Positions 1 to 9,065 of a DNA stretch of 64,000 bases are shown here, in pieces (the first letter of the stretch is position 1; the number at the start of each line of letters is the position of its first letter). The notes under the pieces are model-generated. The model had not been told where the DNA came from and did not search any database. It saw nothing but the letters and a program-made list of their open reading frames with translations. The stretch is from NCBI GenBank assembly GCA_965206595.1, contig OZ242214.1, positions 2,720,001 to 2,784,000 on the forward strand, given 5' to 3'. The stretch comes from Candidatus Latescibacterota bacterium (GTDB lineage: Bacteria; Latescibacterota; UBA2968; UBA8231). The position numbers were made by a program, and so were the translations under genes.

Positions 1-84
1 AGCGAGCGGGAAACGCGCGAGGAGGTTTCCGTTGCGGGTGCGGGTGCTGTAGCGGTCATGACAGTCTCCGTGGTTGCGCCGCGG

Positions 85-1161
85 CTAGCGGCGGTACTTC
101 CTCAGTTTCTCCTCGTCGACGGTTACCCCGAGGCCGGGCTCCATGGGCACGCGGATGCGGCCTCCCTCGAAGCGCAGCGGCTCGACGAGGATGTCGTCGG
201 TGAGTCCGTGATAGCAGGTGTCGCTGGGGCCGGAAAAGCCCGGCGTGCAGGCGGCGATGTGGGCGACCGCGGCGGTCTTCAGCCCGAAGTCGTGGCCGCA
301 GTGCATCAGGCAGGGGACGTCCCAGGCCGAGGCGGCCTCGGTCACCTGCTTGACGGCAAGCATGCCCCCGGACGCGGTGGTGTCCGGCATCAGGAAGTCC
401 GCGGCCCCGGCGCTCACCAGGGGGGTGATGCTGCGCGGATGGGCGACCCCCATGTTGACGAGGATGCCCATGCCGATCTCGCTGCGGAACTTCGCAAGCA
501 AGGCGGTGTGGCTGGAGTCGCAGGGATCTTCGAAGAAGCGCACCCCGAGGTCGCGCATCCCCCGCATCTGGCGCTCGGCCACGTCCGGGGCGTACCCGGC
601 GTTGGCGTCGGGGCGCAGCGCCGCCTCCTCGCCGATCTCCTCCTGGATCGCCGCAGCGATGCGCAGGTCCTGCTCCGGGTCGTCGCCCGCCTTGGTCTTG
701 ATGTAGCGGAACCCCCACTCCTCGATGTAGACGCGGGCGGTCTCCGCCGAGGCGGCCGGCTCCTTGATTCCCATGCAGGCGCAGAAGTCCGCCTCTTCCC
801 GGACCACCCCGCCGAGCAGGCGGCAGACCGGCAGGCCGGCGCGCTTGCCGAGGGCGTCCCATTGCGCCATCTCGACGGCGGCGATCTCCTGGGCGCCGGC
901 GCCGGCGCGCCTCAGCTTCGCCACCGCCCCCTGGACATCGGCGGCGTGGTGGCCGGCGAGCACGGCGTTGACGTCGCAGGCGAAGGAGCTGCTCCCCTCT
1001 CCCCAGCCGACCAGACCGTCGTCGGTCTCGAGCCTGGCGATCAGCCCGGTGCCCCCCTCGGTGGCGCGGTATTCGTCGCCGCGGTGCCGCCCGACGTAGG
1101 GGCCGACCGGGGGCCGGTAGGGTATGAACACCTCGGTCAGGGTGATTCGCGCTATCAGCAT
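85..1161 (-). CDS. Mandelate racemase/muconate lactonizing (enolase superfamily) enzyme
   Basis: ETDDGLVGWGE N-terminal capping motif, KxK (IKTKAG), metal ligands in DAN/FEDP, C-terminal PGLGV. Confidence 0.9.
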   Translation of the reverse strand: MLIARITLTEVFIPYRPPVGPYVGRHRGDEYRATEGGTGLIARLETDDGLVGWGEGSSSFACDVNAVLAGHHAADVQGAVAKLRRAGAGAQEIAAVEMAQWDALGKRAGLPVCRLLGGVVREEADFCACMGIKEPAASAETARVYIEEWGFRYIKTKAGDDPEQDLRIAAAIQEEIGEEAALRPDANAGYAPDVAERQMRGMRDLGVRFFEDPCDSSHTALLAKFRSEIGMGILVNMGVAHPRSITPLVSAGAADFLMPDTTASGGMLAVKQVTEAASAWDVPCLMHCGHDFGLKTAAVAHIAACTPGFSGPSDTCYHGLTDDILVEPLRFEGGRIRVPMEPGLGVTVDEEKLRKYRR

Positions 1162-1208
1162 TCGTTTTCCTCGAGTCCCGGTTCAGGCAGTTCCGCCGCG
1201 GGCCCGGT

Positions 1209-2384
1209 TCAGGCAAGCCCGCAGTAGAGGGCGGCAGCGGCCGCGTACACCCTGGCGGCGTCGGCGAGCCGCCGCACCGACACCCACTCGACGTCGGCGT
1301 GGGCGGTCTCGTTGGAGGGCCCGTAGTAGAAAGTCGGTATTCCGCTGCCGGCGACATAGAGGTTGGCGTCGCCGACGACGCGCCGTCCCACCAGCTCCGC
1401 GGCGCTTCCGGTCACCCGCCGATGGGCTTCGGCCACCGCAGCGACCGCGGGGTCGTCCCCGGGGGTCTCGAACGGTTCCCGCTGGTGCTCCATGGTCACA
1501 CTCAGCTCCAGGTCGCCCGCCTCGGCGTACGGCCGCGCCAACGCTTCCAGCTCGGCCAGCACCTCGGCGGCGCCGCGACCGCTCATCCAGCGGCGGGTCC
1601 CGGTCAGGCGGCAGCGCAGCGGCGTGCGGTTGAAGTAGTCCCCGGCCGCGGCGATGCCGAGGTCGATGCGCTCGCTGCCGGCCAGGGGATGGGTGCGGCC
1701 GCGGTCGAGCTCCTGCTGCAGCCGTTCGACGGCGACGATCAGCTCCCCCATGTGGCGGATCGGGTTGTCGGCGAAGTCGACGTACTGGGTGTGCCTGCCG
1801 CCGAGGGCGGAGGACAGCTCGATGGTGAACACCATGGAGCCCATGCTCATCACCCAGAGCTCGTCGGAGCCCTCGACGATGAGGATGCGGTCTCCCGAAA
1901 TGCGGCCTTCGTTGAGGTCGTCGATGAATGCCCGCGGCCCGTCCTTGCCCGCCTCCGGCTCCTCGTGGCCGACCACGGCGCTCAGCACCACGTCTCCGGC
2001 GAGCGCCGCCCCGGAGTCGCGCAGGGCCTTCACCGCCCCGAGCATGGCCGCCATCCCCCCCTTCATGTCGGTGGTGCCGCGGCCGTACATGCGGTCCCCC
2101 TCGAGCCGGCACGGGGGGCAGTCGCCGATGGCGATGGTGTCGAGGTGGCCGTTGAAGACCAGGGCCGGCCCGCCGCCAGTGCCGGGAATGCGCGCGTACA
2201 GGTTGTTGCGCCCCGGGGTGACCTCGCGCACGTCGACGTCGAGCCCGAGGCCCCGCATCTGCCGCTCGAACAGGGCGCAGACCTCCGCTTCGTTCAGGGT
2301 CTCGCTCTCGACCTCGACCAGCTCGCGGGTGCGCTCGACGATCCAGTTTTCGTCGACCGCGTAGACCAGGGTGTCGATGCCCAT
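1209..2384 (-). CDS. M20/ArgE/DapE-family metallopeptidase or deacylase
   Basis: FNGHLDT, GRGTTDMKGG, GHEE, C-terminal AHADVE. Confidence 0.9.
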   Translation of the reverse strand: MGIDTLVYAVDENWIVERTRELVEVESETLNEAEVCALFERQMRGLGLDVDVREVTPGRNNLYARIPGTGGGPALVFNGHLDTIAIGDCPPCRLEGDRMYGRGTTDMKGGMAAMLGAVKALRDSGAALAGDVVLSAVVGHEEPEAGKDGPRAFIDDLNEGRISGDRILIVEGSDELWVMSMGSMVFTIELSSALGGRHTQYVDFADNPIRHMGELIVAVERLQQELDRGRTHPLAGSERIDLGIAAAGDYFNRTPLRCRLTGTRRWMSGRGAAEVLAELEALARPYAEAGDLELSVTMEHQREPFETPGDDPAVAAVAEAHRRVTGSAAELVGRRVVGDANLYVAGSGIPTFYYGPSNETAHADVEWVSVRRLADAARVYAAAAALYCGLA

Positions 2385-2387
2385 CTT

Positions 2388-3323
2388 TCAGCTTCCTCCG
2401 TTGCGTTCGATACCAAGCAGGGCCTCGACCTCCGTGCCCGGGGGGATCTGGGCGGCCGGGTGCCGGACGACGTTGGCCCCGGCGATGCAGGCCGCCTCCA
2501 GGCAGCGCTCCGGCGCCGCCCCGAGCAGGATGCCGGCGGCGAGCACGCCGCTGAAGGCGTCCCCGGCGCCGACGACGTCGGCGACCTCGATCTCGAGGCC
2601 CGGGTGGGAGTGCACTTCGCCGGCGGCGTACAGGTCCGCGCCGCGTTCCCCCTTGGTCAGGGCGACCATCTCCAGACCGTAGCGTTCCATCAGGCCCGGC
2701 ACCGTCCCGACTCCCGCAAGGCCGGCGACGATTTCGAACTCCTCGTCGGTAAACTTCAGGATCGTCGTTTCCCGCAGCAGCGGCTCGAGCAGGTCGCCGG
2801 TGTAGTAGCCCTCGCGCAGGTTGACGTCGTAGAAGCGGTGGCGCGGCCCCAGGGCGAGGAGCTTTCCGAGGGCGCGGCGGTTCGCCTCCCGGCGCTGGGC
2901 CACGGTGCCGAAGTAGACCAGCTCCGGCACCGGGTCCGGGATGCGCGCCAGCTCGATGTGGTCCCAGGCGGAGTCGTTGATGCGGAACTGCGGCTCCCCG
3001 TCGACGATGCGGACGTCGACCGTGCCGGTCGGCTCGGGGCGCTCGATGATCCAGGAGGTGTCGACCCCGGCCGCGGCGAGGAACTCCCTGATCTCTGCGC
3101 CCAGCTCGTCGGGTCCGACGGCGCTGACGATGGCGGTCGGGAGGCCGAGGGTGCCTAGGTACCAGGCGACGTTGAGCGAGCCGCCGCCGATGGCCCGGTG
3201 GTCCTCGAAGAAGTCGACGAGGGTCTCGCCGAAGGAAAAGGCGATGGGCGCGGGAGCGGGATCAGAACCCTCGTTGGTAATCAGCTCTTTTGTCAATGGG
3301 CAGCAACTCTGCTCCCAATACAT
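2388..3323 (-). CDS. PfkB-family carbohydrate kinase (start uncertain)
   Basis: GGGSLNVA, DVNLR, LTKGERGA, DVVGAGDAF signature. Confidence 0.9.
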   Translation of the reverse strand: MYWEQSCCPLTKELITNEGSDPAPAPIAFSFGETLVDFFEDHRAIGGGSLNVAWYLGTLGLPTAIVSAVGPDELGAEIREFLAAAGVDTSWIIERPEPTGTVDVRIVDGEPQFRINDSAWDHIELARIPDPVPELVYFGTVAQRREANRRALGKLLALGPRHRFYDVNLREGYYTGDLLEPLLRETTILKFTDEEFEIVAGLAGVGTVPGLMERYGLEMVALTKGERGADLYAAGEVHSHPGLEIEVADVVGAGDAFSGVLAAGILLGAAPERCLEAACIAGANVVRHPAAQIPPGTEVEALLGIERNGGS

Positions 3324-3350
3324 GGACGGAGATCGGGAGACAGACAGCTT

Positions 3351-4217
3351 TCAATTCGCTGAAAGGTAAAGATTCGCGACTCGATCTGCCTTTTCCTCAA
3401 TGGATTCCAGGAACACCTTCCTTGCTACAGCACTCCCAGCGTATCCATATCCACCAGTCTGCCACAACGTTACAACGCGCTTCAGTGGCCGATCTTTTCG
3501 ATGAATAACAAGAGTCTCACGGAGCTCTACGCTGATTGAGAAAGTCGCTGTCAGATCGTCCTCCCATAGCGCTTCGAGGGAAAGAAAGAGATAGTAGTTG
3601 GACGAATCCGACAATGGAATTCCATTTCGCCTCAGGTTCAGCTCAAACCTGTCCTTGGCATGTTGTTCGGAAAGTATGTTCTCAACTCCATCATTCACTG
3701 CAACTATTACTTGCATACTGTCCAGACCTGAGAAGCAAGTCTGGTCCTCGGCGAAAGGGACAATTTCGGGGAATTCGATTCGCCAAACTACAGAATCCGC
3801 GTGTGCTATTTTCCCGAGGTAATTAATTGATCCTAAAGCATGTGGGACGTGTTCGATATAGTCAAATTCGAAATTAATAAATTTACTAATTTCTGGTCGA
3901 ATAAATTTGATATAATCGGTGGATGATTTCCGTCGGAATATGATATAGTTGAAGCTGCCAGATTTCACCATTTCCAAATCAGTTTGTTCAGATTTTTCGC
4001 GAGATTCCCAACCAAATTTGTCTCCAATTTGATTAATTACACAAGTGAATTCTTCGACTTTCTCTGGAGAAAGCTCTTCTCTACTATCCACCCCTAAAAA
4101 ATTCGTATTCACCTTCACTTCCGGATGTCCTACAAATACGACCACCTCTTCCTGCGAAAAAACCGTAGAGGGAAGGAATATCAAGATTGCAATGATTTTT
4201 AGTCGATCACGATACAT
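3351..4217 (-). CDS. Hypothetical exported protein, low GC
   Basis: Signal-peptide-like N-terminus, GAAGGAG RBS, AT-rich relative to flanks. Confidence 0.6.
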   Translation of the reverse strand: MYRDRLKIIAILIFLPSTVFSQEEVVVFVGHPEVKVNTNFLGVDSREELSPEKVEEFTCVINQIGDKFGWESREKSEQTDLEMVKSGSFNYIIFRRKSSTDYIKFIRPEISKFINFEFDYIEHVPHALGSINYLGKIAHADSVVWRIEFPEIVPFAEDQTCFSGLDSMQVIVAVNDGVENILSEQHAKDRFELNLRRNGIPLSDSSNYYLFLSLEALWEDDLTATFSISVELRETLVIHRKDRPLKRVVTLWQTGGYGYAGSAVARKVFLESIEEKADRVANLYLSAN

Positions 4218-4242
4218 GACAATCTCCTTCGACTAGTGCCAA

Positions 4243-4370
4243 CTACGTCTCTCTAAAGTAGTAGCCCATGAGCTCGCAGGCCCTGCTGACGTTGTTGATT
4301 TCCTGGGCCAGCTGTAGCAGGCTAGAGCTTCCCTTCGTGCTACCTTCTTGGTGGTGGTCATTTCTGCCTC
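4243..4370 (-). pseudogene. N-terminal fragment of an IS481-like transposase
   Basis: Frameshifted MTTTKKVARR...LLQLAQEINNVSRACELMGY resembles the IS481 N-terminal HTH. Confidence 0.55.
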
Positions 4371-4522
4371 CTTGGGTTGGAAGGTGCTTGGTCGTTCCTT
4401 CGTTAAATTCCCAAGCAGGGGCGGGTTTGACCACCGCTTTTTTCAATGGTCAACTGTCAGGCGAATACCATCACAGGACAGACTGGGCAATGGTTTATGT
4501 TATCAAGTACTTCGACGAGGGC

Positions 4523-4798
4523 CTACGTCCTCTCCGTAAGCCTGCCGGACAGGTATTTATGGATTACGCTCGACAACAGCGTCTGATACGGGATGCCCTC
4601 CTCCCGGGCTCTCGCATGGGCGAGATTGAAGTCGCGTTCGGTTACCCGCAGGTTGACCCGTCGAGTCTTGTTGAAGGTGTTTCGGGCAGCTTGACGTGCT
4701 GTCTCCATCTCAGCTTCAGCACCACCGCCGCGGCGCAGCTCGCCTCGCTCGAACTGCTCCAGGATCTCCTGCTCTTCGGTGTTCAGTTGGCCGCTCAA
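4523..4798 (-). CDS. BrnA/CopG-like antitoxin
   Basis: RVNLRV...EGIPYQTLLSSVIHKY RHH-like C-terminus; overlaps the toxin gene end. Confidence 0.8.
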   Translation of the reverse strand: MSGQLNTEEQEILEQFERGELRRGGGAEAEMETARQAARNTFNKTRRVNLRVTERDFNLAHARAREEGIPYQTLLSSVIHKYLSGRLTERT

Positions 4799-5097
4799 GA
4801 TGATCGCCTCCTCTGATAGTCGCGCGTCGCCTTCCGGCTGGGGATGATCGTTTTGAGGAACCTCGTGCCATCAGCGCCAATCACGAACGGCACGAGGTGG
4901 AGGTACCGTTCGATGTCCACGACGTAGATCATCTGTCCTGGATACCGCTCCTGATCGGGGTGTTCCAACGCGTTCACGAGACCACCACGCTCGATTGCAG
5001 AGACGACGCGCTCGAATGAGACTCCCCGCTGCTCAGCGAGTTGTCGGTTCTTCTCCAGGTTCCAATCGAAGCCGGCAGTCACGTTTCCGATCTTCAT
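4795..5097 (-). CDS. BrnT (DUF497)-family toxin
   Basis: FDWNLEKNRQLAEQRGVSFE...FLKTIIPSRKAT. Confidence 0.85.
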   Translation of the reverse strand: MKIGNVTAGFDWNLEKNRQLAEQRGVSFERVVSAIERGGLVNALEHPDQERYPGQMIYVVDIERYLHLVPFVIGADGTRFLKTIIPSRKATRDYQRRRSS

Positions 5098-5303
5098 CCA
5101 TTGTGTGCATTTTGTCAACAATCTTGGGCCCCCGATGCCCCAATCCCAACCGGTCATCCCCGAGGTGATTCACATTATGCATTATCATTCAGCCGGAACA
5201 CCGGCCGGTCATCGACCGGAATTGAACTCCGCCCGGAACTATCCGGGCTCAAGACAGGGGATCGCGCCATCGTCAACCCCATGGCCGGTAGAGGAGACGT
5301 TCC

Positions 5304-6104
5304 ATGTCAGATGAGAGCGGAGCGAAATCCGCGGAGACCGTTCAACAACAGGTCAACGTTTATGCTCCGACGTGTCTCGATATCTGGCTGAACGAGCCCA
5401 GGAACGCCCCCGAAAGCAGGGCGCCCGCCAACCTCCTGCGCCTGTGGTTTCCCGAGTCGATCAACGCCTATGACTCCAGTGACAATCCGCTTTGGGAGTA
5501 CACGTTCGAAACGCGGAGGGCTTCGTGGCGCTACGTGAACGAGTCCATCAGCGACATGAAGAGCGGGCGGGCGATCCGAAAAGCTCTCGAAAGCGTCGAT
5601 ACCGTCGAGGGACTTGCCCTTGTCGCCTGCAAAGCCCGGTGGCGGGAAACCGATATCGACCTCACCCTGAGGATCACCAATGCCGGTCCGATAGCATGGT
5701 CGCGCCTGGAAACCAGCATCTGCCTCCAGCGCCCGGCGGCACCGGACTACCTGGACGAAGAGGATACCCGGACGTATCTGGTCAGCCGAGGGGTTCGTCG
5801 CCAGTGCCGAGCTCGCGTTCCCCCCGCGCCGCAGGGAGCCGGGCGCCGATTGGTGGCTCCGGCCCTTTTCGTGGTTTCAAAAGACGAGCGCTATGTGCTC
5901 GGGTATGCCTGGCAGCAGGCGCGGCGGCTTTTTCTCAACCGGGTCGGATGCGTCAGATGCCTTCATTCCGACCCCGAATTCGGGCATTCCGAGCCTCAGC
6001 AGCAGGACCAGCGACAGGGTATCGTATTCGTGAATGAGGGGACGCTCGAAGATGCGTACCGGCGCTACTGCGCGTGGAACGACAGGAACGACCCGCCGAC
6101 ATAA
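5304..6104 (+). CDS. Hypothetical protein (possible internal frameshift near 5790-5850)
   Basis: GAGGAG RBS and long ORF; Arg/Pro-rich stretch suggests a local frame change. Confidence 0.5.
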   Translation: MSDESGAKSAETVQQQVNVYAPTCLDIWLNEPRNAPESRAPANLLRLWFPESINAYDSSDNPLWEYTFETRRASWRYVNESISDMKSGRAIRKALESVDTVEGLALVACKARWRETDIDLTLRITNAGPIAWSRLETSICLQRPAAPDYLDEEDTRTYLVSRGVRRQCRARVPPAPQGAGRRLVAPALFVVSKDERYVLGYAWQQARRLFLNRVGCVRCLHSDPEFGHSEPQQQDQRQGIVFVNEGTLEDAYRRYCAWNDRNDPPT

Positions 6105-6121
6105 GAGTGGAGGAACAAGCT

Positions 6122-7546
6122 ATGGCAGACGAACGGCTGGCGTACGAACCGGCGACGGAGTTGCTCGAGCTGATCGCGACGAAACAGGTCTCTCCCGTGG
6201 AGCTGGCGGAAATGTTTTTCGACCGTATCGCCCGCCTCGACCCGCAGATCGATTCCTTCCTGCTGCTGACTCGGGACCTGGCCTTGGAGCAGGCGCAAGC
6301 GGCGGAGGACGCCGTGATGCGGGGCGACAAGCTCGGCGCCCTGCACGGCCTGCCCCTGCCCATCAAGGACACGCAGATGACCGCGGGCGTGCGGACGACC
6401 TTGGGGTCCGTCGTGCACGAGGACCGGGTACCCGAGCGCAACGCCGCCGTCGTCGAGCGTGTCCTGAACGCCGGGGCGGTGATGCTCGGCAAGACCAACG
6501 TGTCGGAGTTCGGCATGGTGGGCGCGTGCGAAAACTCCCTGGGGGTGCTGGGACGCAACCCGTGGGATACGGACCGGACGCCCGGAGGGTCGAGCGGCGG
6601 AGCCGCGGCGGCGGTGGCGGCGCACCTGTGCCCGGTGGCAACCGGAAGCGACGGCGGTGGATCGCTGCGGATACCCGCCAACTTCTGCGGCATCTACGCC
6701 ATCAAGCCGACGCAGGGCCGAGTATCCGGTTACACCGGACTCGGCGGGCCTCCGCTGCCGAACATCTTTTCACAGCCCGGCCCGTTGGCGCGGACGGTTC
6801 GCGACGCCGCGCTGCTGCTCCAGGTCATGGCGGGCTTCGACCGCCGCGACCATGCTTCCATCCGGCAGACTCCGCCCGACTTCATGGCGGCGACGGAGCG
6901 GGATATCGACGGCCTGCGCATCGGTTGGAGCGCCGATTTCGGCTTCGCCCCGGTCTTTCCCGAGGTCGTCGACGTCACCTGCAAGGCCGCGATGGTCTTC
7001 GAGGAGCTGGGCTGCACGGTCGAGGAAGTGAACATGGTGCTCCCCGAGCCGTACGACTCGTTCGGTCCCATCCAGGCCGCGGGTTCGTACAACGGCCTTG
7101 CGCAGTACCTCGAAGAGTACGGCGACCGGATGACGGAGTTCGCCCGCTTCTACATCGAGATGGGGTCCCGGGTCACGGCCGGTGACTACATGCGCGCCGA
7201 GGGGCGCATTGCCGAGTTGAAGGCTGCGTTCGACGACGCGTTCGAGACGTGCGATCTCATCATGTCGCCCGTGTCCTGCTTCCCCGCCTTCCCGAACGAG
7301 ACCTTCCCGGGCAGCATCACCGGGAGTTCGTCCTATCCCGTGCAGTACTGGAACGGGACGTTGACGATGCACGCCAATGCCACCGGCCACCCGGCCGCGT
7401 CCGTACCCGCGGGGTTCTCACCGGAGGGCCTGCCTGTCGGCCTTCAGATTATCGGGCGGAAGTGTGACGAAGAGACGGTGCTCGCCGCATCCGCGGCGTT
7501 CGAGCGCGCCCGTCCGTGGAGCGGGCGCAGGCCGCCCGTGTCCTGA
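6122..7546 (+). CDS. Amidase signature family enzyme (GatA-like)
   Basis: PIKD, GKTN, PGGSSGG, GSDGGGSLRIPA, PVGLQIIG. Confidence 0.95.
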   Translation: MADERLAYEPATELLELIATKQVSPVELAEMFFDRIARLDPQIDSFLLLTRDLALEQAQAAEDAVMRGDKLGALHGLPLPIKDTQMTAGVRTTLGSVVHEDRVPERNAAVVERVLNAGAVMLGKTNVSEFGMVGACENSLGVLGRNPWDTDRTPGGSSGGAAAAVAAHLCPVATGSDGGGSLRIPANFCGIYAIKPTQGRVSGYTGLGGPPLPNIFSQPGPLARTVRDAALLLQVMAGFDRRDHASIRQTPPDFMAATERDIDGLRIGWSADFGFAPVFPEVVDVTCKAAMVFEELGCTVEEVNMVLPEPYDSFGPIQAAGSYNGLAQYLEEYGDRMTEFARFYIEMGSRVTAGDYMRAEGRIAELKAAFDDAFETCDLIMSPVSCFPAFPNETFPGSITGSSSYPVQYWNGTLTMHANATGHPAASVPAGFSPEGLPVGLQIIGRKCDEETVLAASAAFERARPWSGRRPPVS

Positions 7547-7598
7547 GGCGTCGATTCTCGGCCAGGATACTACCCCTTACCCTGCGAGCTGCTGACCT

Positions 7599-7669
7599 TC
7601 ACCCCGCGGCCGCCTGCTCGTAGGCGAGGCCGAACACCGTATCCGCCATCCAGCGTTTGAAGCCGGGGT
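7599..7669 (-). repeat. Direct copy of the last 71 bp of hsdR (9066-9136)
   Basis: 67/71 identical to 9066-9136, including the stop codon. Confidence 0.95.
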
Positions 7670-7693
7670 AGCGATTTCCATTGGTTGGCAGTT

Positions 7694-7999
7694 TTACCAT
7701 TGCGCTCGTACCGCGGCTTGGTACGCCGTGTCGTGAGGTCCGACCGCTATTGCCTTTCCCATGCCGCTTTCCAACACCATGAAGACGAAGCGAAAACTTC
7801 GGCTCAGACGAACAGAGTACAGGCTTTTTCCGATTCGCAGTCGCTCCAGGTTTCTACCGGGAGCCAATTCGCCAGCGCATAGTTCGTCGATAACCCGCTC
7901 CAACTCATCCTTCATCCTTTGATCCAGACGATTGACCGTCCTGGCGAACTTCCGACTCGGCGTTTCGAAGCCGGCAATTCGCACCAGTCGCCCGGACAT
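7694..7999 (-). CDS. RelE/ParE-superfamily toxin
   Basis: LYSVRLSRSFRFVF...VGPHDTAY. Confidence 0.7.
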   Translation of the reverse strand: MSGRLVRIAGFETPSRKFARTVNRLDQRMKDELERVIDELCAGELAPGRNLERLRIGKSLYSVRLSRSFRFVFMVLESGMGKAIAVGPHDTAYQAAVRAQW

Positions 8000-8002
8000 G
8001 GA

Positions 8003-8584
8003 CTAAGGATTTTCCAGAGACGCCATAAATCCTGCTCCGCTAGTGCATGTCCCCCCTGGGCTCGAAGCGAGTGCCCCGTCGTGGATCATTATGGTCCAGC
8101 GAAGCTCTTGGAACGACGCCACGAGATCTTCGAACAGCTTGTCGAGACGTTCCAATTCTTCGAAGACCTCGGCTCCAAATGCGTCCCGCCCCCCCTTCCT
8201 CTGCAATGCCTCCCGGATCTCTCGCAGTCCTTCTCTTTCCTTGCGGAAGTATTCCTCGCTTTGCTCCAGCGCTGGTACGGCTATGTCGTCCGGGTCCATC
8301 TCAAGGCCTGCAGGGAATTCTTCCGCCGCTCTTTGGAGGCGCCCCTGAAAGACGGTACAGATATCCACAATGGCATCGTGGCGTTGACGAAAACTCTCGG
8401 TCAGTAACTTCATTGCCCCCTGAAACTTGACCCTGTTCCGGTTCGCGAGCAGGTCTGCAAGCCATTCCCCGGTCAGCACCTCCGACTGTTCCAAAGGCTG
8501 GGCACACCAAGTCAACGTCCCGGCGACGTTGCGGACCGTCTCCCCGCTGAATTCAGCTGTTTTTTCTTGAGTGACCATGCTCAA
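8003..8584 (-). CDS. Hypothetical helical protein, candidate antitoxin for 7694-7999
   Basis: Directly upstream of the toxin with a 3-nt gap; acidic and helical. Confidence 0.5.
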   Translation of the reverse strand: MSMVTQEKTAEFSGETVRNVAGTLTWCAQPLEQSEVLTGEWLADLLANRNRVKFQGAMKLLTESFRQRHDAIVDICTVFQGRLQRAAEEFPAGLEMDPDDIAVPALEQSEEYFRKEREGLREIREALQRKGGRDAFGAEVFEELERLDKLFEDLVASFQELRWTIMIHDGALASSPGGTCTSGAGFMASLENP

Positions 8585-9014
8585 CCTCGCTTTGAGATGA
8601 CTGGGGCATCAGAGAAACCAAGATACTGCTTTCCGAAAAAATGGCACCGCCTATGCCCTTCCGGTCGAAGACAGGGGCATTGGTAGATTCAGCCCCCAGT
8701 GGAGGTCCTATGTCCTCCCCGTCAGCCTGCCGGACCGCTTCGAAGAGGACCGTTGGCTTAGGGTATTTACAAATTCCCGTCTCCGCGAGCGACTGATCGA
8801 TCTCCTCCCGGTGATCGAAATAGTAAGCCAACGCGGCATATACATCCGCCAACGTTACGTCGTAGTCGCTGGCAATCTCGTCGGCGGTTTTGCCCATGCG
8901 CTCGTGCCAGATGACGATATTCTCCACGGTGATCCGATGGCCGGCAATGCGAGGTTTTCCGCCTGATATGCCGGGGGTGATCTCGATATGTTGATCCAAG
9001 CTTTCCCTTGTCAT
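8553..9014 (-). CDS. DUF433-domain protein (C-terminus likely truncated or fused)
   Basis: HIEITPGISGGKPRIAGHRITV...DVYAALAYYFDHREEID. Confidence 0.8.
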   Translation of the reverse strand: MTRESLDQHIEITPGISGGKPRIAGHRITVENIVIWHERMGKTADEIASDYDVTLADVYAALAYYFDHREEIDQSLAETGICKYPKPTVLFEAVRQADGEDIGPPLGAESTNAPVFDRKGIGGAIFSESSILVSLMPQSSQSEVEHGHSRKNS

Positions 9015-9065
9015 CACTAGATTTTCCAGTCGGGGAATCTTAAAGCCCTTTCTCATCACTGACAC